From Desulfobacterales bacterium (lineage in GTDB: Bacteria; Desulfobacterota; Desulfobacteria; Desulfobacterales; UBA5852): a stretch of DNA of 64,000 nucleotides. The stretch is taken from assembly GCA_963674755.2 (NCBI GenBank), contig CAXXVS010000002.1:1920001-1984000 (forward strand). Reading direction: 5' to 3'. The position numbers and the translations under genes are program-made. A model generated the notes under the pieces. It was not told where the DNA came from. It worked only from the letters and a program-made list of their open reading frames with translations, and ran no database searches. Below are positions 56,640-64,000 of this stretch, one piece after another; the stretch's first letter is position 1; each line of letters opens with the position of its first letter.

Positions 56640-57365
56640 ATGAGTGTGAACTTCGAGGAACTGGATTACCAGCGTACGGCTCTCGGTGAATTGAGTCTAC
56701 GACGGCGGCGGGCCTTGGGAATGGGCGGGCGTGAGGTATTCGAGGTAAAACTCAATGAAGAATATCTCATGTCGTCTTTATTTCATGAAGGTGAAGTGGC
56801 GTTAGCTGATCTCGGATTGTCAGGACTTGCAGGCGAGAAATGGGATGTTGTGGTTGGAGGGTTGGGTTTGGGCTACACGGCGGCTGCCGTTTTGAAATAT
56901 AATCAGGTCGCACGAATAATTGTGGTTGAGGCATTGGCGCCTGTGATTGATTGGCATCAACGCAAACTTGTTCCCAACGGCGCACTGCTTTCGGAAGATT
57001 ATAGATGCCGCTATTACCATGATGATTTCTTTGCACTCGTGCGGAGAGATGGCTTCGATCCGGATAACCCGAGGCACTTGTTTGATGCCATACTTCTCGA
57101 TATTGATCACACACCTAATGCCCTGCTTAATCCAGCCCATTCAGATTTTTATTCGAAGGAAGGAATGATGCGCCTGCGAGCATTCCTCAAACCGGGGGGC
57201 GTGTTCGGATTGTGGTCTAACGACGCTCCTGAAAAGGGATTTTTAGCCATTTTATCCAGTGTGTTCGATCAGGTTGATGGACATATCGTCGAGTTTGAAA
57301 ATCCAATTCAGGGCAAAACAGCGGAGAATGGCATATACGTCGCGACGGTTGAGAAACGTTCTTAG
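56640..57365 (+). CDS. Spermidine-synthase-like SAM-binding protein (putative gene cassette)
   Basis: YLMSS, VVVGGLGLGYT, VVEAL, FDAILLDIDH.P, LKPGGVFGLWS; follows the attC R' box. Confidence 0.85.
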   Translation: MSVNFEELDYQRTALGELSLRRRRALGMGGREVFEVKLNEEYLMSSLFHEGEVALADLGLSGLAGEKWDVVVGGLGLGYTAAAVLKYNQVARIIVVEALAPVIDWHQRKLVPNGALLSEDYRCRYYHDDFFALVRRDGFDPDNPRHLFDAILLDIDHTPNALLNPAHSDFYSKEGMMRLRAFLKPGGVFGLWSNDAPEKGFLAILSSVFDQVDGHIVEFENPIQGKTAENGIYVATVEKRS

Positions 57366-57402
57366 CCGGAACGATTCAGCGAATGCCGTACCCGTGGGTC
57401 AT

Positions 57403-57429
57403 AATGGGGTCAAGTCTGCCCATGACCCA
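57403..57429 (+). repeat. REP-like repeat, left arm of the doublet interrupted by IS200
   Basis: AATGGGGTCAAGTCTGCCCATGACCCA, identical to 54059-54085. Confidence 0.8.
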
Positions 57430-58067
57430 GTCATATACCTCCGGCAAAGCCGGAGGCTTGAAAGATGTGAACCGCTCAAAGCGGTTATTTAATGGGCCAC
57501 CTCAAAGGTGGCGGTGCTTTACTTGAATAAATTCAATTGATCGAGCCGACGGTCCTCTTTCTCTTGAGCCCGGATATATTCTCGGACCGTTTTTTCATCT
57601 CGACCAACGGTAGAAACATGATATCCACGAGCCCAAAAATGGGCGCCTGTGAAATTCTTTTTCTGACCCAGATAATTGCGGGCCACATGGGTGGCACTTT
57701 TACCCTTGATATACCCAATCACCTGAGCCACCGCATATTTCGGAGGGATTGACACCAGCATGTGCACATGGTCTGACATCATATGCCCTTCAAGTATTTC
57801 GCACTCCCGGTGCTGGGCCAATTCCTTGAATACTTGGCCAAGATACTTCCGCAATTGGCCGTACAGTAATTTTTTGCGGTACTTGGGAATCCATACCACA
57901 TGGTATTTGCATTCCCATACGCTGTGGCTTAAACTTGAAATGTCGTTCATGAAAGCCTCTCCTTTGTGAATTTTGAGCGGTTCACATCCGGAGGGGCTTT
58001 CATTTGCTCCCGTAAATGTCAAACTCTGGTGAGTCCCCCGGCATAGCCGGGGGTTTACCTAATGGCA
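57430..58067 (-). mobile_element. IS200-family element (tnpA only, about 638 bp)
   Basis: Subterminal hairpins CCTCCGGCAAAGCCGGAGG and CCCCCGGCATAGCCGGGGG; ends defined against the empty REP doublet at 54059-54124 (2-bp ambiguity). Confidence 0.88.
57519..57950 (-). CDS. tnpA: IS200/IS605 Y1 (HUH) transposase
   Basis: HSVWECKYHVVWIPKYR, DHVHML, KGKS, FWARGY, EYIRAQ; AGGAG RBS. Confidence 0.96.
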   Translation of the reverse strand: MNDISSLSHSVWECKYHVVWIPKYRKKLLYGQLRKYLGQVFKELAQHRECEILEGHMMSDHVHMLVSIPPKYAVAQVIGYIKGKSATHVARNYLGQKKNFTGAHFWARGYHVSTVGRDEKTVREYIRAQEKEDRRLDQLNLFK

Positions 58068-58081
58068 ATTAAATTTCAAGA

Positions 58082-58106
58082 TGAGTCATAAGCAGACTTG
58101 ACCCCA
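58082..58106 (-). repeat. REP-like repeat, right arm of the doublet
   Basis: TGAGTCATAAGCAGACTTGACCCCA preceded by ATTAAATTTCAAGA, as in the intact doublet. Confidence 0.8.
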
Positions 58107-58335
58107 AGGACCCCACTAAAATACCCTTATCGTCTAACCGAAACCCCTCTCGCAAAGCCATCGTCTCCCCTCTTCGGACCGCATATCCCGACCCGGCAGG
58201 GGGCGCTCTGGGAGAAGTCGCTCTGGGAAACCATGCCCCCACGAGCGCCCGTGTCAGGAGGGACTGCGGGCCTCCATTCGAATGCCCCATATCCTTGCGA
58301 GGCATTATGTTTTAAGGTAAACTGACGATAATAAA

Positions 58336-58416
58336 TACTCAGACAAAGCCAAACCAGTTGCGAAACTGGGACGGAAAGCCACGGATCTCAGCTACGAGAC
58401 GGCCGGGTTGCCTGGA
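58336..58416 (+). ncRNA. Cyclic di-GMP-I (GEMM-I) riboswitch
   Basis: GCCAAACCAGTT-GCGA-AACTGGGACGGAAAGCC-ACGGATCTC..GAGACGGCCGGGTTGCC. Confidence 0.88.
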
Positions 58417-58423
58417 AGATGAC

Positions 58424-58455
58424 GCCGGACAACCCATTGGGTTTCCGGCTTTTTT
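58424..58455 (+). terminator. Intrinsic terminator (riboswitch expression platform)
   Basis: GCCGGACAACCC-ATT-GGGTTTCCGGC-TTTTTT. Confidence 0.8.
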
Positions 58456-58583
58456 AATCCGCCAGCGGCGGACGAGGGTTTAATTCCCCGCCGCTTATGG
58501 CGCACCATGGCCGTTATCGCTACCCCTTTGCTTTGCGGTGGGGTAGTTCATTCGTCAAGTTGGCCTAACGACTTGGGGGCACC

Positions 58584-60044
58584 ATGTTTAAACGATCCTT
58601 GCTTGCGTTGTGTATAATGATATTGATACCGGTCTGTTCACAGGCCGAGCCCACCTTCAAATCCGCCATGGTAAAGATCTTTACGGTCAGCAGTTTCCCC
58701 GACTATGCAACCCCGTGGAACAAGGAGGGACCTCAGTCGTTCAGCGGCTCGGGGGTGGTGATCGATGGCAACCGGATTCTGACCAATGCCCATGTGGTAA
58801 GCTATGAAACCTTTCTGCAGGTAAGATCCCATGGCCAGGCCAAAAAATATGATGCCTATGTCCTGGCCGTTTCCCACGAAGCGGATTTGGCGGTGCTGGG
58901 CGTCAAGGACCCGGCCTTTTTCGATGGAATCGAGCCGTTGGAGATCGGCGGGCTGCCGGAATTGCAGGAACCGGTGGTCGTGTGCGGCTTCCCCACCGGT
59001 GGCGATACCATGAGCATGACCACGGGGGTCGTATCGCGCATAGAAAACCAGACCTATATTCACAGTTTAATGGATATGCTGGCCATTCAGGTCGATGCCG
59101 CGATCAATCCGGGCAACAGCGGCGGCCCGGCCCTTTCCGACGATGACCTCATCGTCGGGGTGGCCATGCAAACCCAGGAACGGGCCAGCAACATTTCCTA
59201 TCTCATTCCGACGCCAGTCATCCAGCATTTCTTGACGGATATCGATGACGGCCATCTCGATGGCGTGCCCGAATTGGGCATTTATTGCCAACCCACCGAA
59301 AATAACGCTCTCAAGGAAAAACTGGGGATGTCCCCTGACATGACAGGGGTGCTGGTCAATCAAACCGTTCCGGATACCGCTGCCGCTGCAATTCTAAACG
59401 AAGGGGATGTCATTTTGAAAATCGATGAATTCGATGTGGCTTCCGACGGCACCATTGAATTCCGCCCCCAGGAACGAACCATTTTCAATTTTGCGGCCCA
59501 ACGCAAACAAATTGGCGAATCGGTTACGTTTGGAATTCTCAGAGACGGCAACATCCGAAGTGTCTCCATGATCCTGGAGCATAAGATCGGAACACATCGT
59601 CTTGTAAGAATCGAGAACGATAAACAACCCACCTACTATATCTACGGAGGGATGGTTTTTAATCCCCTGACCATCAATTATCTGGAGTGCTGGGGGGATA
59701 GTTGGTGGGATGAGGCCCCCAAGGCGCTGCTATCCCATTTACAGCGGAACTGGAAAAAGCCTGGGCAGGAAGAAATCGTTGTCTTGAACAGGGTGCTTCC
59801 GATTGAGGAAAATGTGGGCTATCATGATATCAATGACGTGCAAGTCGTCTCGATCAACGGCAAAAATATCACACGCATGAAAGACGTGGTCGAAATCATA
59901 GACCATAATACAACCGAGTACGTCGATATCTTGACCGCCAAGGGGTCGCACATCATTCTGAAAAGCAAAGATCGTATGAACGCCCAAAAGTCCATAAAAA
60001 CAATCTACGATATCAAATCAGACATCTCGGGCGATCTTCTTTAG
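58584..60044 (+). CDS. HtrA/DegP-family serine protease (trypsin plus PDZ domains)
   Basis: Signal peptide, GSG..ILTNAHVV, DLA, DAAINPGNSGGP, PDZ regions. Confidence 0.93.
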   Translation: MFKRSLLALCIMILIPVCSQAEPTFKSAMVKIFTVSSFPDYATPWNKEGPQSFSGSGVVIDGNRILTNAHVVSYETFLQVRSHGQAKKYDAYVLAVSHEADLAVLGVKDPAFFDGIEPLEIGGLPELQEPVVVCGFPTGGDTMSMTTGVVSRIENQTYIHSLMDMLAIQVDAAINPGNSGGPALSDDDLIVGVAMQTQERASNISYLIPTPVIQHFLTDIDDGHLDGVPELGIYCQPTENNALKEKLGMSPDMTGVLVNQTVPDTAAAAILNEGDVILKIDEFDVASDGTIEFRPQERTIFNFAAQRKQIGESVTFGILRDGNIRSVSMILEHKIGTHRLVRIENDKQPTYYIYGGMVFNPLTINYLECWGDSWWDEAPKALLSHLQRNWKKPGQEEIVVLNRVLPIEENVGYHDINDVQVVSINGKNITRMKDVVEIIDHNTTEYVDILTAKGSHIILKSKDRMNAQKSIKTIYDIKSDISGDLL

Positions 60045-60475
60045 ACCCTCCAGCAAAAGCATTGTTTAAATCCGTAGGCGAAGAATGCCACCGCCCGGAT
60101 CGGGCACTCCACGGCGAACGCCGGGGCTACTTGGAATGCCCCGGCGTACGACGGATAGCCCCGATAGCTACATTCCGCTCTCACTCCTCAAATCAGCATC
60201 CCGACAAACCCGAACCCGCCAACGGCCATTGACGCAGACAAACCGCCTATCGCATCCCCAGAGACGCCCATCACCCGGGACCGCTGTCCCGCATGCCTGG
60301 CTGAGGGCTTCGAGATCGCCTATCTGAATCCTATGGGGAAGGCTGCCTTTTTTGCTCATCTGTTCATGTTTTCTTCATGATGGGGTTTTATTGTGGCGTC
60401 AAAATGGAAGTTGGGACGACATGGATCTTCTTGATGCGATCCTGTCCTGGCAACCTATCATTAGGAGGTATCAAC

Positions 60476-60871
60476 ATGAAGAAAAAATGGACCGTAATTG
60501 TTGCCAGCAGCGGTTTGATCATCGGCATTGCCGCTGCCGGGGCGAGCTTCGCAAATTGGGATGGCAGTGACATCCACAATGGCACCATCCGGGTCGAAAA
60601 ACAGTCCGAGGCGGACTTTCCTTCACTGGCCACGATCTCCACCGACCAGGCCGTCCAGAAAGCCTTGGCCACGGTGCAAGGCCAAGTTTTGAAAATGGAA
60701 CTGGAAGAGGAAAACGGCTTCCTGGTCTATGGCGTTGAAGTGGTGCGAGCCGACAAGGCTATCATGGATGTGAAGGTGGATGCCGGCTCGGGGGAAGTGC
60801 TCGCTGTGGAACGGGACAAAGTGGATGAGGAAGATCACGACGAAGCGAACGATCGGGACCGTGAGGACTGA
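60476..60871 (+). CDS. PepSY domain exported protein
   Basis: Signal peptide; ISTDQAVQKAL, ELE.ENG.LVYGVEV, VDAGSGEVL; AGGAGG RBS. Confidence 0.88.
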   Translation: MKKKWTVIVASSGLIIGIAAAGASFANWDGSDIHNGTIRVEKQSEADFPSLATISTDQAVQKALATVQGQVLKMELEEENGFLVYGVEVVRADKAIMDVKVDAGSGEVLAVERDKVDEEDHDEANDRDRED

Positions 60872-60977
60872 CAGCATAAGCGGCGCGCACCGCAAATCTC
60901 ACCAGCGCGTCCGTCGGGACGTATGGTTATGACGTGGGAGCGCGCCGCCTCAACACCTTTTTAGTGAGGCAGCCGCC

Positions 60978-61910
60978 ATGATCGAAATCGACAACCTTCG
61001 CCTGGCGATAAACGGCAAAGAAATCCTCAAGGGAATCGCCATGCACCTGCAGCCCGGCGACACTTACGGCTTTCTGGGACCGAACGGCGCGGGCAAGTCC
61101 ACCACGATCTTCGCCCTTTTGGGGCTGCGCCCTTATGAAGGCGGAAGTGTCAGCGTCCTGGGGGAAGATCCGGCCCGGAATGCCGTTGCCATCCGTCGTG
61201 CAGTGGGGGTGATGCCGGAAAAGGCAGGCGTTTACGACTGGATGTCCGCCATGGACTACCTCGAATGGTTCGGACGCTTTTACGCTTTTCAACCGAGCGG
61301 GCGCGATTTGACCATGATGCTGGAAAAAGTGGGGCTTGGAGAGGAGATGGGGCGGCCTGTCGGCACCTATTCCAGAGGGATGAAGCAGCGCCTGGCCGTG
61401 GCCCGCGCCATGATAATCCGCCCTCGGCTCCTGATCCTGGACGAGCCCACCAACGGGCTCGATCCCAAGGGCCGTCGCGAAATCCACGACCTGTTGGGGG
61501 AATTCGCGACCCGCAAAAACACCGCTGTTCTGCTGTGCACCCATCTGCTGGATGATGTGGACCGCTTATGCAACCGGATCGGGATTATCGACCATGGCCG
61601 CACCCGGCTGGAAGGCTCCCTTTCCAAGCTGCTGGCGCAGGAGGGCGGCGGCCGGCCGTACCGGTTGCGTCTGGGGTCGGCGCCCGACACCACCGATCTT
61701 CCGACCGGTGTTGCGGTGCTGGGCCACGAAGGCGGCTGGTGGCGTGTTCAGGTGCAGGGCACGCCGGCCGAAAATCCTTCCGCGCTGTGGAGCGAGTTGT
61801 GGCGGCGGGGCTGGAAAATGATGGAAATCCGCGCCGAGGCATCCAGCCTGGAGGATCTTTACCTGCGCCATACCGGCCCGGAAGGCCATCAATCGCAGGA
61901 GGCCGCGTGA
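60978..61910 (+). CDS. ABC transporter ATP-binding protein (exporter type)
   Basis: GPNGAGKST, YSRGMKQR, LILDEPT.GLDP, TH. Confidence 0.93.
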   Translation: MIEIDNLRLAINGKEILKGIAMHLQPGDTYGFLGPNGAGKSTTIFALLGLRPYEGGSVSVLGEDPARNAVAIRRAVGVMPEKAGVYDWMSAMDYLEWFGRFYAFQPSGRDLTMMLEKVGLGEEMGRPVGTYSRGMKQRLAVARAMIIRPRLLILDEPTNGLDPKGRREIHDLLGEFATRKNTAVLLCTHLLDDVDRLCNRIGIIDHGRTRLEGSLSKLLAQEGGGRPYRLRLGSAPDTTDLPTGVAVLGHEGGWWRVQVQGTPAENPSALWSELWRRGWKMMEIRAEASSLEDLYLRHTGPEGHQSQEAA

Positions 61911-62665
61911 TGAACCCCATTTTGACCATTGCCCGCAACGAAAGCACCCAAATGCTGATGAGCCGCCGGGGCCTGGCGTGGCTGCTGACTTTCAGCGGAT
62001 TGCTGTCGGCCTTCAGCGTGCTTCTGGTGAGCAATACCGAACTAAGCCTGCTCGACAACGCCCAAGTGCTCTATATGATGACCGGAACGGTCCTGGCCGC
62101 CGGAGCGCTTGTGGCCGCCATCCTGGGAAGCGACGCCTACGCGGGCGAGAAAGAGCGCGGCACCCTGATCCCCCTGTTGTGCGCCCCCATCGCTCCCGAT
62201 GCCCTGCTGGCCGGCAAGGCCATCGGTCTGCTGGCCGCCTGGGGCGTCATGTTCATGACGAGCATCCCCTATCTTTGGGCGGTGGGCGCAAGCGGCCAGA
62301 ACCTGGGCGCGGCCGTTTGCTACCTGGCCCTTTTCGGCACGCCCGTGGTGCTCGGATTCGGCTACCTGGCCATGGCGGTGTCGTCCCGCACCGGCAGCGT
62401 CATAACGTCGCTGCTCACCACGATCACCCTGCTGATGCTGGCCGCCAGTCCGCTGTTGATCGGGCCGGGCCTGCGCGGCACCGCCATCGGACGCGCCCTG
62501 GACGCCATCAATCCGTTGGCCGGAGCCCTCAACACCTTCGACAGCGTCATTATCGACAGCGATCCGTTCACAGCCCAGACGACCCGGCTGATCCTGGTTG
62601 CCGTATGGCTGGTGATCGGCTTGCTTGCGGCCCGGCGCAGCGCCAGCCAACCGGTTTTTCAATAA
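61910..62665 (+). CDS. ABC-2 type permease
   Basis: About 6 TM helices, GEKERGTL..LL..P..LLAGK; overlaps the ATPase stop. Confidence 0.9.
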   Translation: MNPILTIARNESTQMLMSRRGLAWLLTFSGLLSAFSVLLVSNTELSLLDNAQVLYMMTGTVLAAGALVAAILGSDAYAGEKERGTLIPLLCAPIAPDALLAGKAIGLLAAWGVMFMTSIPYLWAVGASGQNLGAAVCYLALFGTPVVLGFGYLAMAVSSRTGSVITSLLTTITLLMLAASPLLIGPGLRGTAIGRALDAINPLAGALNTFDSVIIDSDPFTAQTTRLILVAVWLVIGLLAARRSASQPVFQ

Positions 62666-62677
62666 GAGGAGCTAGTC

Positions 62678-63214
62678 ATGAAAACATGGAAACGTCTGCT
62701 GGCGGCCGTTCTTATGACCTTCTGGTTCGTTTCCGTTTCAGAAGCGGCCCAGCCTCCGGTCTCCCTTATGCTTCAGCCCGACAACAGCAACCCCGCCGCC
62801 CCCATGATGGGGGACCACCTGCGGTTCTGGAGCACCATCACCAACACGGGATCATCGACCATCGATGGTCTGGTGGCGTGGATCAGCCTGGTGGAAATCG
62901 ATCCGGGCAACGAGCAGCCGGTGGATCTGGAAGACTGGAGCGCCCAGAAAGCCGTTACCGGCGCGCGCCTGCGGCCCGGAGCACACCTGATGACCGCTTG
63001 GCCCATGCGGCTGATCAAGGGCGGCGATTACCGGGTGGTGGTCAGTGTCACCGACCGCGGCGGCCGCCAGGTCTACACCAGCCCGACCATCCAGTTCCAT
63101 GTCCGGCAAAAACCGGTCCTCCAGGTGGGACGCGTGTTGCCGGTGGCCGCGGGGATACCCGTCTTCTTCATCGGTATGATGGTTTTCACCAGGAGAAGAC
63201 GGCGCCGCGCATAA
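62678..63214 (+). CDS. Exported beta-rich protein with C-terminal TM and basic tail
   Basis: Signal peptide, ITNTG.., C-terminal hydrophobic helix followed by RRRRRRA; GAGGAG RBS. Confidence 0.75.
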   Translation: MKTWKRLLAAVLMTFWFVSVSEAAQPPVSLMLQPDNSNPAAPMMGDHLRFWSTITNTGSSTIDGLVAWISLVEIDPGNEQPVDLEDWSAQKAVTGARLRPGAHLMTAWPMRLIKGGDYRVVVSVTDRGGRQVYTSPTIQFHVRQKPVLQVGRVLPVAAGIPVFFIGMMVFTRRRRRRA

Positions 63215-63220
63215 GGAGGA

Positions 63221-63835
63221 ATGACCATGTTTCATCAATTCGTTGTCTGGCTGGCCCATGCCGTTGGTCAGTGGGGATATCCCGGCATTGTGCTGCTCAT
63301 GGCCCTGGAATCCTCCTTTTTTCCGTTTCCCAGCGAGGTGGTGATCCCGCCAGCCGCCTACCTTGCCACCACCGGCGAGATGAACATCGCCATGATCGTT
63401 CTTTGCGGCACATTGGGAAGTCTTCTGGGAGCGGTATTCAATTATTGGCTGGCCCTGCGGTTTGGAAGACCTTTTTTTGAAAAACACGGACGCTACCTTC
63501 TGGTCAGTCCCCGGTCCCTGGCGAAGGCCGACCGTTTTTTCGAACGGCACGGACAGATCAGCATGTTTGTTGGGCGGCTGCTGCCTGGCATCCGGCAATA
63601 TATTTCCCTGCCGGCAGGCTTGGCCCGCATGAATATGACCGTCTTTTGCGCGGCTACGCTTCTGGGGGCGGGGCTGTGGGTGCTGGTGCTGGCCGGCATG
63701 GGATACGGGTTCGGCCGCAACGAACAACTGCTGCTCCAGAACCTGCACTGGGTGACTTTGATTTTGGTGCTCGGATGCGGCATGATCGTGTTGTATTACA
63801 GGCGTAAACGGAAGGGCCGATCAATCGATCGTTGA
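63221..63835 (+). CDS. DedA family membrane protein
   Basis: [33 protein letters not shown]. Confidence 0.93.
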   Translation: MTMFHQFVVWLAHAVGQWGYPGIVLLMALESSFFPFPSEVVIPPAAYLATTGEMNIAMIVLCGTLGSLLGAVFNYWLALRFGRPFFEKHGRYLLVSPRSLAKADRFFERHGQISMFVGRLLPGIRQYISLPAGLARMNMTVFCAATLLGAGLWVLVLAGMGYGFGRNEQLLLQNLHWVTLILVLGCGMIVLYYRRKRKGRSIDR

Positions 63836-64000
63836 CCATCCATCATGGCGTCGTCAGAAACTTTTCTCTCTATCACCAAAATCGGGAATTCCGATAGACC
63901 CATCGAGGCATTGACATTTTCGCTATTCAACCCAACTGTCTATGTGATCTGGCAATCGATTCCCAAGCATTTCCCACTTTGTAAAAAACCCCAAAAGATT

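Noticed and set aside
54243..57400. Complete integron
   Set aside because: No intI or attI in the window; only a partial attC.
54059..58106. CRISPR array from the 25-27 bp repeats
   Set aside because: Copies are inverted and irregularly spaced, and no cas genes are present.
58336..58416. c-AMP-GMP (GEMM-Ib) riboswitch
   Set aside because: The discriminating position 20 is G, not A.

Overview
GC-rich chromosomal window, most likely from an anaerobic deltaproteobacterium (Desulfobacterota-like; inferred from gene content). 1-22.3 kb: a sigma-54-controlled carboxylate catabolism region with two TTT (Tct) transporter modules, a PrpR-type activator, PrpF-family isomerase, ICDH/IPMDH-family dehydrogenase, tcuAB, Ldh_2 dehydrogenase, family III CoA-transferase and an NtrC-type two-component system. 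22.3-37.8 kb: an 11-gene minus-strand redox operon (Tat-signal Fe-S subunit, tungsten AOR, Tat-signal NapG-like protein, two HdrA-like proteins, MvhD, FdhB-like, Cys-type Fdh, HdrC-like, ferredoxin-NapH fusion, radical SAM; no HdrB), preceded by a NarL-type two-component system. 38-51.8 kb: housekeeping genes (mltG, nagZ, tsaD, flotillin/NfeD, purM, aminotransferase, hom, thrH, hldE, DUF167, tRNA-fMet). 51.9-58.1 kb: an accretion zone behind the tRNA with integrative-element remnants, a tRNA-Arg(CCT) 3' fragment, an AT-rich three-gene RelE/HigA-type TA module, REP-like repeats, a group II intron in the R' core of an integron attC site (putative EBS1 complementary to the attC core), a cassette-like methyltransferase gene and an IS200 inside a REP doublet. 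58.3-64 kb: c-di-GMP-I riboswitch plus HtrA protease, and a PepSY/ABC/DedA cluster. Five copies of a modular palindromic MITE-like element with covarying terminal stems are spread through the window. All calls come from motif reading by eye; no database searches were run.
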